Virus record (IMG/VR): IMGVR_UViG_3300028734_000011
DNA length: 64,000 bases
Source: a virus
Direction: 5' to 3' (one strand)
Shown here: positions 1 to 8,899 of the stretch, piece after piece
How positions within the stretch are numbered: position 1 is the stretch's first letter
Layout of the letters: every line of letters starts with the position of its first letter
Position numbers and translations under genes: made by a program
The notes under the pieces: generated by a model
Told to the model about the DNA's origin: nothing
Databases searched by the model: none
Seen by the model: the letters and a program-made list of their open reading frames with translations, nothing else

Positions 1-385
1 TAATTAATTCTCTATGATATACTCTTGATGAATTTTCTTCACCATCAGTTAGAATAACAAATAATGTTTTATCACTTCTTTTACTTTTTTTAGTTGATCC
101 TAACAAGTCTAAATAATTATCAATACAAGTACCAATTGAATCATACAAACTAGTTCCGCCGTTAGCATAATAAGTATCTTCATTAAGTTCTTCTACATCA
201 TTAATATCTACATTTTTATATGGCATATAAAAATCAGTATCAAAAAACATCAATGAAAAATTTATTTTATTTCCGCTTTCCTTCTGTTCCATTAAGAATT
301 TATTAAATCCTTCTCTCGCTTTCACTATTATCGAACTCATTGAGCCAGACATATCTAATATGCATACTATATCTATCTTATTCAT
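1..385 (-). CDS. von Willebrand factor A (vWA) domain protein, partial (runs off window start)
   Basis: Reverse translation from ATG at 383-385 gives MNKIDIVCILDMSGSM... with the MIDAS DxSxS motif and a later ...VILTDGEEN motif; open to position 1. One nt separates its start from the stop of the upstream gene. Confidence 0.5.
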   Translation of the reverse strand, partial: MNKIDIVCILDMSGSMSSIIVKAREGFNKFLMEQKESGNKINFSLMFFDTDFYMPYKNVDINDVEELNEDTYYANGGTSLYDSIGTCIDNYLDLLGSTKKSKRSDKTLFVILTDGEENSSRVYHRELI

Positions 386-386
386 A

Positions 387-1292
387 TTATAAAATTTTAT
401 TTCCGCATTTTGGACAAAATTTCCAAGTAGATTTTCTTAATCTATAACCGCAATCACCACAATATTCTCTTATCTCATTGATGCTCTGGGATTTAGTAGA
501 GTTTGGCATAAGTTTATAAGCTATAGAATAGAATGAAGTATTTGAAAATTCAACATTAACATTCTTTAATTTTTGATCTGATAATTCTCCTTTTTCAATC
601 CTTCCAGTTTCAATTGAATTTATACTTGTTGTTGATGATGTTGGAGTAGAATTAATATTTAAACTTGATGTAGATATTGAACCTAATCCAACATTACCAG
701 TAGTGTTAAATGTTGAATTGTTAAAAGAATTACAACTTTGAGTATATGCATAATTAATATCATTAGTAGAATATGTTCTTGAATTTGAATTACTATTACC
801 AAATTGAGAAAATCCATTAGAATTTCCTGCAGATAATGAAAAATTATTATAGTATATACCGTTAAATGATCCATTTTTGTCAGGTTTAGGCGGAAACTCA
901 TATTTTACATTGACTTCATTATTTGTATTACTTCTAAAATATTCTTTATAAAAATTAAAAGTAATTAATCCATTATTTTCAACTGCTTCAACTGCTTCTT
1001 TATTATTACCGTCAATGTTATAAGTTTCAAATACCATTTTACGTTGTTCATCTAAAAATCTATCTAAGAATATATCTTGTCCTGGATTTAAAATTAAATA
1101 AGAATCTCCTTTTTTTACTGAATTGAAAATTACTTCTACCCCTATTTTTTCTTTTAATGGGTTAAAAAATCTAAGTTCAAAGTTATCACCATCATTCAGG
1201 TAAATGATGTTATCCTGATAAACTTTTAATTCGTTTCTTTTGCTAGTGATTTGAACAGACGGTTGTCTATCCAACAATTTGTTGTTTTTCAT
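387..1292 (-). CDS. hypothetical protein with Asn/Ser-rich low-complexity centre and C-terminal zinc ribbon
   Basis: 301-aa ORF; long N/S/T-rich stretch; C-terminal CGDCGYRLRKSTWKFCPKCG (CxxC...CxxC). Confidence 0.5.
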   Translation of the reverse strand: MKNNKLLDRQPSVQITSKRNELKVYQDNIIYLNDGDNFELRFFNPLKEKIGVEVIFNSVKKGDSYLILNPGQDIFLDRFLDEQRKMVFETYNIDGNNKEAVEAVENNGLITFNFYKEYFRSNTNNEVNVKYEFPPKPDKNGSFNGIYYNNFSLSAGNSNGFSQFGNSNSNSRTYSTNDINYAYTQSCNSFNNSTFNTTGNVGLGSISTSSLNINSTPTSSTTSINSIETGRIEKGELSDQKLKNVNVEFSNTSFYSIAYKLMPNSTKSQSINEIREYCGDCGYRLRKSTWKFCPKCGNKIL

Positions 1293-1531
1293 ATTTTTTT
1301 ATTTTTTTTTATATTTTTAGTTTGCTAATTCATTTATTGCTTTTCAACAATTCCAAAGTCATAATGACTCTAAACTAACACAACCCAAAAAAATGAACCT
1401 TGCCCCTTTAAGTGCGACATTACTATATATAATTTTTAATTGAGCCCATAGTATTAAATAATATTAAAATTTATATCATATTCATTTTTATTTTTGTATC
1501 TTTGTAAATTAAATAAATAAAAAAGAATTAT

Positions 1532-1741
1532 ATGAAAGCGGAAGAGACTGTTTGGTCTGATTATTATGATGATTATATAAATAAATCTGATTCAATTTTT
1601 ATTGATAACTTAGAAAAATTTGGGTGTGATTATAGATATGAAGGAGATGATACATACTGGTATTCAGAAAAGTATGATGAATATTATGATAATGATATAA
1701 CTAAGGAAGAAGTTGATAATTTTAAGAACAAAATAATTTAA
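1532..1741 (+). CDS. hypothetical acidic Tyr/Asp-rich small protein
   Basis: 69-aa ORF after a 240-nt intergenic region; no recognisable motif. Confidence 0.35.
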   Translation: MKAEETVWSDYYDDYINKSDSIFIDNLEKFGCDYRYEGDDTYWYSEKYDEYYDNDITKEEVDNFKNKII

Positions 1742-1747
1742 AAAATT

Positions 1748-2044
1748 ATGTATAAAGAAAAAATTACACCTGATAATATGATTATACCACTTGGATATCA
1801 TCAAAAAAGACTTTTAAAAAAACAAGAAGAATATGATTCTATTCAATTAAGATTGAAAAATTATGAGAAATCTCAAATTGAACTTGATTCATTAAAGTCT
1901 GAATTGGATGATATTCATTTAAAAAATGAAATAAGTAAAGTTGATAAAATTTCGGACGAAGAATATCATGAGATTTACAAAAAATTGATAGAAATGGAAA
2001 CAAAAACAAAAAAATTATGGAAAATTACAAAACATACATTATAA
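1748..2044 (+). CDS. hypothetical protein (charged, coiled-coil-like)
   Basis: 98-aa ORF, closely spaced to neighbours. Confidence 0.35.
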   Translation: MYKEKITPDNMIIPLGYHQKRLLKKQEEYDSIQLRLKNYEKSQIELDSLKSELDDIHLKNEISKVDKISDEEYHEIYKKLIEMETKTKKLWKITKHTL

Positions 2045-2205
2045 GTTTTATTATTGGACTTATTATAGGACAAGTCGCAATTTGGCTAAAAATAGAATAT
2101 GTATCATTTGAATGGTGGATATTCGTTTTAATATCTGCCATTATATCAGCTTTAATTTTAGCAGTTATAAATAAAAAAATAAGAAACAAAAAATTAAAAT
2201 CTTAA
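2017..2205 (+). CDS. small membrane protein (two predicted TM helices)
   Basis: 62-aa hydrophobic ORF (IISFIIGLIIGQVAIWL..WWIFVLISAIISALILAVI). Confidence 0.3.
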   Translation: MENYKTYIISFIIGLIIGQVAIWLKIEYVSFEWWIFVLISAIISALILAVINKKIRNKKLKS

Positions 2206-2239
2206 AAGCTAAATAGTTAAAAATATCATAAAATATATT

Positions 2240-2536
2240 ATGGAAAATTATTTTATTGACACAGACATTGATTGGAAAAGTGTAGTTTTAGAACTTGGAT
2301 TTAATATTATACAGATAAAAACAACAAGGCAAGGTTTATCTTATGAAATACATAAAAATTGCACAGAAGAAACTATAATTGAGAATTTTTATTATATTCT
2401 ATCTAATGATGATTTATTAAAACTAAATTTAGATTCATTAGTTGATTATTCATTAGTCATGGAAAATAGAACTGATATCTGGTGGAGAAGATTTTATTCT
2501 GAAAAAATGACAGCACTATTAAAATTAAAACTATAA
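2240..2536 (+). CDS. hypothetical protein
   Basis: 98-aa ORF, no motif. Confidence 0.35.
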   Translation: MENYFIDTDIDWKSVVLELGFNIIQIKTTRQGLSYEIHKNCTEETIIENFYYILSNDDLLKLNLDSLVDYSLVMENRTDIWWRRFYSEKMTALLKLKL

Positions 2537-2547
2537 AAATCTTAAAA

Positions 2548-2904
2548 ATGAAAGATTTAAAAGATATCACTGAAGAAGAAGTTAAAATAATATGTGAAAT
2601 ATATGGTGAGCCATATCTAAGTTATATGGCTGGTAGTTGGACTCATGGATTAGCAGTTCAAATTGAAACTACATCAACAATAAACAATAGCAATTATGAT
2701 TCATATATTGCAATAGATTATAATGGTACTATTTCATTATCTAGAAATGATGGAAATTGGGGTGGAATGAATTATGAAAAAATTTGTCCATTAATAGCAA
2801 TTGACTATTTGAGAAGTATAGGATATGAATTTAAGTATGAAATTCCTATAAAGTTAGAAAGAAAGTTTAAATTGAATGAATTGAATAAAATAACTATCCT
2901 ATGA
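2548..2904 (+). CDS. hypothetical protein
   Basis: 118-aa ORF; ATGA overlap with next ORF. Confidence 0.4.
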   Translation: MKDLKDITEEEVKIICEIYGEPYLSYMAGSWTHGLAVQIETTSTINNSNYDSYIAIDYNGTISLSRNDGNWGGMNYEKICPLIAIDYLRSIGYEFKYEIPIKLERKFKLNELNKITIL

Positions 2905-3194
2905 AATTTGATAATAAAAAACAATGGACATCAGAAGAGAAAGCTATTCATAAAAATAATGGACAACCATTATACAAAGGAATTGCGTCAGAACATGTTG
3001 GTAAGATAGTTAAAAGATATAATGAATATGGTGTTATACTTTGTAGTGATATTTTCAATTTTAACGGAGAACCTGTCATAAAATATGATAATAAAAAAGA
3101 ATATGATGCTGAACAATTACTTGGATTACCATTTGAAGAAGTAAAAAATTATACTCTTAAATATATAAATATTGATGGTACATTAAAAAAATAA
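2901..3194 (+). CDS. hypothetical protein
   Basis: 97-aa ORF; ATGA overlap with upstream ORF. Confidence 0.4.
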   Translation: MKFDNKKQWTSEEKAIHKNNGQPLYKGIASEHVGKIVKRYNEYGVILCSDIFNFNGEPVIKYDNKKEYDAEQLLGLPFEEVKNYTLKYINIDGTLKK

Positions 3195-3258
3195 TAAACT
3201 TATTGTTTTTTCATACTATATAAGATGTGGAAATTTATCCACAATAATAAAAATAACG

Positions 3259-3465
3259 TTGATAATGAGTAAGTTAAAGGGTTCCGTAAAATTTTATAAT
3301 TCGGAAAAAGGATTTGGTTTCGTCTCTGAAAAAGAAACAGGTAAAGAATATTTTGTACACGCTACATCTTTGGTAGATAAAATCTATGAAAATGATGAAG
3401 TGAGTTTTGATTTAGTTGAAGGTAAAAAAGGTTTGGCATGTTCAAACGTAGAAGTTATAGGTTAA
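3259..3465 (+). CDS. cold-shock domain protein (CspA family)
   Basis: 68 aa; GSVKFYNSEKGFGFVS...EYFVHATSL matches the bacterial CspA RNP1/RNP2 pattern (KGFGF, VFVH); followed by a strong intrinsic terminator. Confidence 0.8.
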   Translation: MIMSKLKGSVKFYNSEKGFGFVSEKETGKEYFVHATSLVDKIYENDEVSFDLVEGKKGLACSNVEVIG

Positions 3466-3485
3466 CATATATTCTTACAGATTTT

Positions 3486-3520
3486 AAAAAAGCTCTCAAT
3501 TTTATTGAGAGCTTTTTTTG
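3486..3520 (+). terminator. rho-independent terminator
   Basis: AAAAAGCTCTCAAT-tttATTGAGAGCTTTTTTT: 10-bp GC-containing hairpin with A-run before and T-run after. Confidence 0.7.
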
Positions 3521-3592
3521 TCACATATTTTTTATTATTGAATAAAATCTATTAATTTTTATATATAATTATGTAAAAAATAATAATAAAAT

Positions 3593-4294
3593 ATGATAAT
3601 AGATGAATCACACAAAAAATGTGGAATTTGTGAAGAAATTAAAAATATAACTGAATTTCACAAGAAGAAAGGTGCTCCGCTTGGTTGTACAAATAAATGT
3701 AAAATATGTTCTAATAAAATTAGTAAAGAACATAGGGCTAATACTGATAGTCAAAAAAGAAATGATAATTGCAAAGAATGGAGAAAAAATAATAAGGGGT
3801 ATGAATCAACACCTGAAAGAAAAGAATATAGAGCTAAATGGAGGGAATTAAATTCAGAAAAAATAGCCAAGCAAACCAGTGATTATGTTAAAAAAAATAA
3901 AAAGCATTTAAGAGAAGTTGACAAACCAAAAAGAAAGATTAGATATAAAAAAAAATTAGAAGATCCATTATTTAAAATTCGTGAAAGTGTAAGATGTTCA
4001 ATTAGAAGAACAATTAAAAATAAGGGATTTAAAAAGACTATTAAAACTGACAAAATATTAGGATGTTCATATTTAGAATTTAAAATATATTTAGAATCGA
4101 AATTTGAGCCTTGGATGAATTATGACAATTATGGAAAATATAATGGAGAATTAAATTTTGGATGGGATATTGATCATATAATACCAGCATCAAAAGCAAA
4201 AACAGAAGATGAGATAATAAAATTGAATCATTATACAAACTTGCAGCCGTTATGCAGTAAAATTAATAGAGATATTAAAAGAGATAATATATAA
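3593..4294 (+). CDS. HNH endonuclease
   Basis: N-terminal Cys clusters (CGICEE...CTNKCKIC); C-terminal GWDIDHIIPASK...N.NLQPLCSKINRDIK fits the HNH motif (D-H...N...C..N). Confidence 0.7.
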   Translation: MIIDESHKKCGICEEIKNITEFHKKKGAPLGCTNKCKICSNKISKEHRANTDSQKRNDNCKEWRKNNKGYESTPERKEYRAKWRELNSEKIAKQTSDYVKKNKKHLREVDKPKRKIRYKKKLEDPLFKIRESVRCSIRRTIKNKGFKKTIKTDKILGCSYLEFKIYLESKFEPWMNYDNYGKYNGELNFGWDIDHIIPASKAKTEDEIIKLNHYTNLQPLCSKINRDIKRDNI

Positions 4295-4299
4295 ATTCT

Positions 4300-4797
4300 T
4301 TATAAGTTAAATTTATCAGCAGTTTGACACAATAAATAATCTTTATATTTATCTGGATAATCTCTCATTATTTTTTTCTTAATTTCTGGTTTTAAATAAT
4401 CAAAAAATGTAATTTTAACTGTTCTGCCTTTAATATTCCAATTTGCATTTGAGTCTATTAACAATTTCAAAATATTATAATATTCAACATCATTCAATTC
4501 AATAATGGAAGAATAGAACCCTGATAATAATAATGGAGTCCAACCTTGAGTAGTATTATCTTGAAAATTTACATCAGCTCCGTTATTAATCAAAAAATTA
4601 ACAATTTTTATATCAGATTCTTTATTAATAGAATATATTAAAGGAGTATATCCATCTTTATTAAAAAAATTCACATCAGCGCCTTTATTAACTAAGATTT
4701 TAACTTTTTCAAAGTCATTAGTTAAGCAAGCAGCAATTAATTGATCATTTAAATCTGGTTGATTAGAATTCTGCTCAAAATTCTTTATATGTTTCAT
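4300..4797 (-). CDS. cassette-family protein, ankyrin-repeat subtype
   Basis: N-term MKHIKNFEQN, C-term ADKFNL; ANK repeats (GADVNFFNKDGYTPLIYSI, GADVNFQDNTTQGWTPLLLSG); ATGA overlap with next gene. Confidence 0.7.
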   Translation of the reverse strand: MKHIKNFEQNSNQPDLNDQLIAACLTNDFEKVKILVNKGADVNFFNKDGYTPLIYSINKESDIKIVNFLINNGADVNFQDNTTQGWTPLLLSGFYSSIIELNDVEYYNILKLLIDSNANWNIKGRTVKITFFDYLKPEIKKKIMRDYPDKYKDYLLCQTADKFNL

Positions 4798-5318
4798 ATG
4801 TTAAATTTATCTGAGTTTTTTTTAGTTAAATATATTTCATATTGATTAGGATATTTCTTTAATATAAATTTTTTAATTTCTTCATTTTTATTTAAATAAT
4901 AAATAAAATCACGAATTATATTATTACCATAATTTTGTTTAATGTTCCAATCTGAACCTGCTTTTATTAATTTTTGAATTATTGATACGAAATAATTAAT
5001 GCTTGAACCAGTAAGTCCCATAGATGATAATATCAAAGCTGTTGTTCCATTTTCATCTTGAATATCTAAATTTGCTCCTGATTTTATTAATTCATCAAAC
5101 ACATTTTCATATCTATTTATAATAGCGAAATGCAATGCAGGTTTTCCATTTAATTGATTTGGTAAATCTAAATCTATTTGTCCAGATTTTATCATATTAA
5201 TCATTTCATTTTGGCCTTTCTGATTTAAATCTTTTTGTCTTATAAGATTTAATAAATCATAAGTATGATATTGATTTTCATTAATTTTTAATTCTTCGTA
5301 TAATTTGATATGTTTCAT
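4794..5318 (-). CDS. cassette-family protein, ankyrin-repeat subtype
   Basis: N-term MKHIKLYEEL, C-term SDKFNI; ANK repeats (GKPALHFAII..LIKSGANLDIQDENGTTALILSS). Confidence 0.7.
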   Translation of the reverse strand: MKHIKLYEELKINENQYHTYDLLNLIRQKDLNQKGQNEMINMIKSGQIDLDLPNQLNGKPALHFAIINRYENVFDELIKSGANLDIQDENGTTALILSSMGLTGSSINYFVSIIQKLIKAGSDWNIKQNYGNNIIRDFIYYLNKNEEIKKFILKKYPNQYEIYLTKKNSDKFNI

Positions 5319-5413
5319 ATATTTATATATTAATAAATTAATATTAATTTATTTTAATCAAGTTAAAAAAATACCTTATAGATTTTATATATAGTTGAAA
5401 TTAATTTTTTAGT

Positions 5414-5728
5414 ATGGAAATAAAAAAATTCAATGAAAATTCAAATAATATAGGAATATATGCAATAGTTACTATACCAGAAGATAAACGTCAAATAAAT
5501 TTAATTGAATTGATTGCGGATGACTATTATTTAAACAATGAATTACATTCATCAAGTGTAAATGAAAAAGAATCATTAATAAATTATACTATTGAGCATT
5601 ATCTTTATGATAAAGGATTATTCAAATATACATATAAATTAGTTGATGAATCTGGAGCTGAAGTAAAAATTGAAGATTTGGAAAAAAGGATAGAACTTAA
5701 TAATAATACAAATAAATTTAATATATGA
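5414..5728 (+). CDS. cassette-family protein (variant N-terminus)
   Basis: N-term MEIKKFNENS, C-term TNKFNI; ATGA overlap with next member. Confidence 0.5.
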   Translation: MEIKKFNENSNNIGIYAIVTIPEDKRQINLIELIADDYYLNNELHSSSVNEKESLINYTIEHYLYDKGLFKYTYKLVDESGAEVKIEDLEKRIELNNNTNKFNI

Positions 5729-6213
5729 AATACATAAAGACATTTGAATCGAATAAGAAATTACATATGATTAATATTATTAATTTGGATAATGATTCTA
5801 AAATTATAAAAGTTACTCAAGAAGAACTTGACAAATTAATAGAATCAGAATTTACAATTCTGTATGATGATGAAGAAATAGGATATGATTCAAACCATCC
5901 AGATGAATGGAGATATGATTCTGATGAAGAAGATGATATAAAAAATTGGTTAAAGTCATATAGAAGTATGATAAAAATATATGCATTAGGTAGCAGAAAT
6001 ATAATAAGAGTCACAAAAGAAGAACTTAATGTATTAATAGAAGAAGATTTTCAAATATTGTATGATGATGAAGAAATAGCTCATGATCCAACATTACCAA
6101 ATGAATGGAGATATGATGACGACGAAGAAGAAGAAATAAATAATTGGTTAAAATTATATAGAATATTAAAAGATCCAGAAAAAGTAAATCAAGCAATTAA
6201 ATTTAACTTATGA
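5725..6213 (+). CDS. cassette-family protein with internal tandem duplication
   Basis: N-term MKYIKTFESN, C-term AIKFNL; two ~50-aa repeats (..ILYDDEEIGYD..EWRYDSDEEDDIKNWLK / ..ILYDDEEIAHD..EWRYDDDEEEEINNWLK). Confidence 0.6.
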   Translation: MKYIKTFESNKKLHMINIINLDNDSKIIKVTQEELDKLIESEFTILYDDEEIGYDSNHPDEWRYDSDEEDDIKNWLKSYRSMIKIYALGSRNIIRVTKEELNVLIEEDFQILYDDEEIAHDPTLPNEWRYDDDEEEEINNWLKLYRILKDPEKVNQAIKFNL

Positions 6214-6704
6214 AATATATAAAAAAATTTGAAATGAATAATAATACTGATACAGATTTTTATTTAGAAGTTACATCAGAAGTCGCATTTAGTTATTGTA
6301 ATGGTAATCCGTTACCATCTACTGATCCAATTCCATTAAATACTCAAGTATTAGAATATGCATTTGGAATACCTAGTGATGGCGCAACAGACAGAGATTA
6401 TGAAGAGGTAGCTGAAGATGCTTGTGAATGGTTTGATGGAACAATAGAATCAATAAAAAATAGTGTTAATGCAGTCAATGAATTTGATTATGCAAGTGAA
6501 GGTCCAGATTTTGTATTAGGAGTTAATTATGATGGTGAATCAGCAGAATTTGGTAATCTTCATGTATTTTTAAAAGATTGTAAACAAGTAAAAGTTGTTT
6601 TTGTTTATGATTGTAAAAAGGAAAAATTTTATAAACCAAATTTTTTTAAAAAACTTTATAGTACGCCTGGATTATATAATAATATAGATAAATTTAACTT
6701 ATGA
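6210..6704 (+). CDS. cassette-family protein
   Basis: N-term MKYIKKFEMN, C-term IDKFNL; ATGA overlaps both sides. Confidence 0.6.
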   Translation: MKYIKKFEMNNNTDTDFYLEVTSEVAFSYCNGNPLPSTDPIPLNTQVLEYAFGIPSDGATDRDYEEVAEDACEWFDGTIESIKNSVNAVNEFDYASEGPDFVLGVNYDGESAEFGNLHVFLKDCKQVKVVFVYDCKKEKFYKPNFFKKLYSTPGLYNNIDKFNL

Positions 6705-7042
6705 AATACATAAAAAAATATAAAGGGGAACCAAAAGTTGGTGATTATGTTTTGTGTATATCAAATGCTAATGATGAAGCTTTCACTCTTTATATTAATA
6801 ATTCAATAGGAAAAATTATTAATATAACACCAGTTTATTCTGATGATAAAAAGACTAAATTTTATGATAACATTAAAATTAGGTATTATGATGTACCCCC
6901 AGACGAAGAAGTTGATTTATTTACAATAGATAAAAAAGACAAATCATATAAAATAACATTTCCTTCTTTTATGATTTATAATTTTTCAGAAAACAAGGAA
7001 GACATACAAATTGATATAAGAACAAATAAATTTAACATATGA
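6701..7042 (+). CDS. cassette-family protein, GDYV subtype
   Basis: MKYIKKYKGEPKVGDYVLC... C-term TNKFNI. Confidence 0.6.
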   Translation: MKYIKKYKGEPKVGDYVLCISNANDEAFTLYINNSIGKIINITPVYSDDKKTKFYDNIKIRYYDVPPDEEVDLFTIDKKDKSYKITFPSFMIYNFSENKEDIQIDIRTNKFNI

Positions 7043-7293
7043 AATATATAAAGAAATTTGAAAAAAAAATATTATTTAACCCAAATGATTGCAAGGTAGA
7101 TGAATATATAAGATATAGACAGAATTTTTATACATTCAATGCTAAAATAATTAAAAAGGATGACTCAGTTTATTTAGTTCAAAATGATAGACACATTGTA
7201 ACTATTGTGAAAGAACAAATTATGAGATATCTAACTGATTTAGAAATTGAAGAATTTACATTATCTTTAGCTGCAAATAAATTTAACATATGA
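7039..7293 (+). CDS. cassette-family protein
   Basis: N-term MKYIKKFEKK, C-term ANKFNI; the junction DNA is identical over ~45 nt to the next junction. Confidence 0.6.
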   Translation: MKYIKKFEKKILFNPNDCKVDEYIRYRQNFYTFNAKIIKKDDSVYLVQNDRHIVTIVKEQIMRYLTDLEIEEFTLSLAANKFNI

Positions 7294-7601
7294 AATATAT
7301 AAAGAAATTTGAAAAAAAAATAGATTTACCAGATGTTGGAGATTATGTATTAATGAATAGTTATGGAATTCCTAAAGTTGTAGAATTCATAACAAATAAT
7401 TATGGAATATTTATTAATTCTTATGTTGATAAACTATCTGTTAAACAAAAAATTATAGTAAGATATGAAAATATACCAGGAGACATAGATTTGTTTTTTC
7501 ATGATGGTACAAGAACATTTGATCTTGATTTATTAGTGTCCTATGGTAGTACAATAGAAGAATTAAAAATGAGAATAGAATCAAACAAATTTAACTTATG
7601 A
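7290..7601 (+). CDS. cassette-family protein, GDYV subtype
   Basis: MKYIKKFEKKIDLPDVGDYVL... C-term SNKFNL. Confidence 0.6.
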   Translation: MKYIKKFEKKIDLPDVGDYVLMNSYGIPKVVEFITNNYGIFINSYVDKLSVKQKIIVRYENIPGDIDLFFHDGTRTFDLDLLVSYGSTIEELKMRIESNKFNL

Positions 7602-7924
7602 AATATATAAAGAATTTTGAATCAATTAAAGATAATCCAGAAGTAGGAGATTATATATTAGCAAAATATAACAGTAAAAATGACTTCAATACTTCTATTA
7701 ATAATTTGAAAAACTTTATAAATAATACTATTGGAATTGTTCATAGTTTAGATCATATTAGAAATAGCTGTTATTTTAATATAAAATATGAAAACATACC
7801 AAAAAATATAATAAATTTTTTTGATGATGATATTAAAAGATTTAATATTGAGAGTATAGTGGAATTTGATAAAGATTTAGAACATTTAAAATTTAAAATT
7901 GAAGCAAAAAAATTTAACATATGA
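7598..7924 (+). CDS. cassette-family protein, GDYV subtype
   Basis: MKYIKNFESIKDNPEVGDYIL... C-term AKKFNI. Confidence 0.6.
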   Translation: MKYIKNFESIKDNPEVGDYILAKYNSKNDFNTSINNLKNFINNTIGIVHSLDHIRNSCYFNIKYENIPKNIINFFDDDIKRFNIESIVEFDKDLEHLKFKIEAKKFNI

Positions 7925-8256
7925 AATATATCAAAAAATTTGAAGATAAAAAATATGATCCAAAAGAAGGTTATTATGTATTAATGAAATCATCAATGAT
8001 GAATCCTGAACTGAATGAATTTATTGATAATACTATTGGTAAAATTTTAAAAATAGAAAACAATAGAAATTATGCATCATTGACTGTTGAATATGAAAAT
8101 ATTCCAATGGAAATAGCAAGCTTGTTTGGATATAATAATTATGGATTTGATGAAAATAAAGGATTCAAAGATTTTTTATATAGCAGTATTGTTGATTATT
8201 CAGAAAATAAAATAGATTTAGAATATAAAATTAATGCAAGAAAATTTAACTTATGA
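7921..8256 (+). CDS. cassette-family protein, GDYV-like subtype
   Basis: MKYIKKFEDKKYDPKEGYYVL... C-term ARKFNL. Confidence 0.6.
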   Translation: MKYIKKFEDKKYDPKEGYYVLMKSSMMNPELNEFIDNTIGKILKIENNRNYASLTVEYENIPMEIASLFGYNNYGFDENKGFKDFLYSSIVDYSENKIDLEYKINARKFNL

Positions 8257-8594
8257 AACACATAAAAATATTTGAAAAATACAACTCTTGGGAAGAGGAT
8301 AAAAATATGTATTGGGAAGTTATATTAAAAAGACCATATTTTAATTTATCGTTAAAAAAAATAGGAGTACCAACTGATTTGATTGACGAATGGAATGATA
8401 CATATGTAGATGAAGATCACATTGTGTATGTATATAAAGAAGATGTTAAACTATATGATAGGTTACGTGATGACTATGATATTATGACTCAATGGAGATT
8501 ACAAACAGAAAAGGATAATAGAGACATTTCAAAATTTATGGGAAGAATTAAACTTCAGGATTTTGAGATAAATGCTGATAAATTTAATTTATAA
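8253..8594 (+). CDS. cassette-family protein
   Basis: N-term MKHIKIFEKY, C-term ADKFNL; last member of array 1 before an AT-palindrome-containing spacer. Confidence 0.55.
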   Translation: MKHIKIFEKYNSWEEDKNMYWEVILKRPYFNLSLKKIGVPTDLIDEWNDTYVDEDHIVYVYKEDVKLYDRLRDDYDIMTQWRLQTEKDNRDISKFMGRIKLQDFEINADKFNL

Positions 8595-8684
8595 AAAGTA
8601 AAATTTAAAATTTAATATATAATAACAGTCGTATCAACTGATTATCAATAATTAATTATTGATATAATAAATAATGATATAATT

Positions 8685-8897
8685 ATGAAAGTTAAAGTAT
8701 TAGATTTAAGCCAAATTACTAAAGAAGTAGTATTAGAAAAACTTTCTGAATCAAACACATTAGATTTAGATCAAATAGATGAATATCTTGATATATTATC
8801 TGCTATAAAGGATGGAATGATTGTTTATAATATATCAACAACTGCAGGTGATTATATATTATTTATCACAGCTAGTCAATCTAAAAAATTATTATAA
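8685..8897 (+). CDS. hypothetical protein
   Basis: 70-aa ORF between cassette genes; lacks the family termini. Confidence 0.35.
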   Translation: MKVKVLDLSQITKEVVLEKLSESNTLDLDQIDEYLDILSAIKDGMIVYNISTTAGDYILFITASQSKKLL

Positions 8898-8899
8898 AT

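Noticed and set aside
683-901. Track ORFs nested inside or antisense to longer genes: 683..901, 5817..6014, 11697..11924, 12990..13196, 13486..13671, 13650..14069, 14390..14608, 14840..15034, 16761..16970, 19008..19199, 27470..27706, 29018..29230, 30624..30818, 31417..31710, 32577..32795, 33417..33626, 34951..35223, 35906..36097, 41259..41483, 42646..42828, 44186..44449, 44427..44666, 48516..48797, 52717..52923, 53069..53260, 55155..55355
   Set aside because: Each lies wholly within a longer ORF on the other strand or frame that has motif or family support. Their sequences are low-complexity and Ile/Phe/Leu-rich, as expected from reading AT-rich DNA in the wrong frame.
8641-8670. AT-only palindrome ATTATCAATAATTAATTATTGATATAAT upstream of 8685..8897
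   Set aside because: Perfect dyad but entirely A/T, so it could arise by chance. Noted as a possible operator but not called as a feature.
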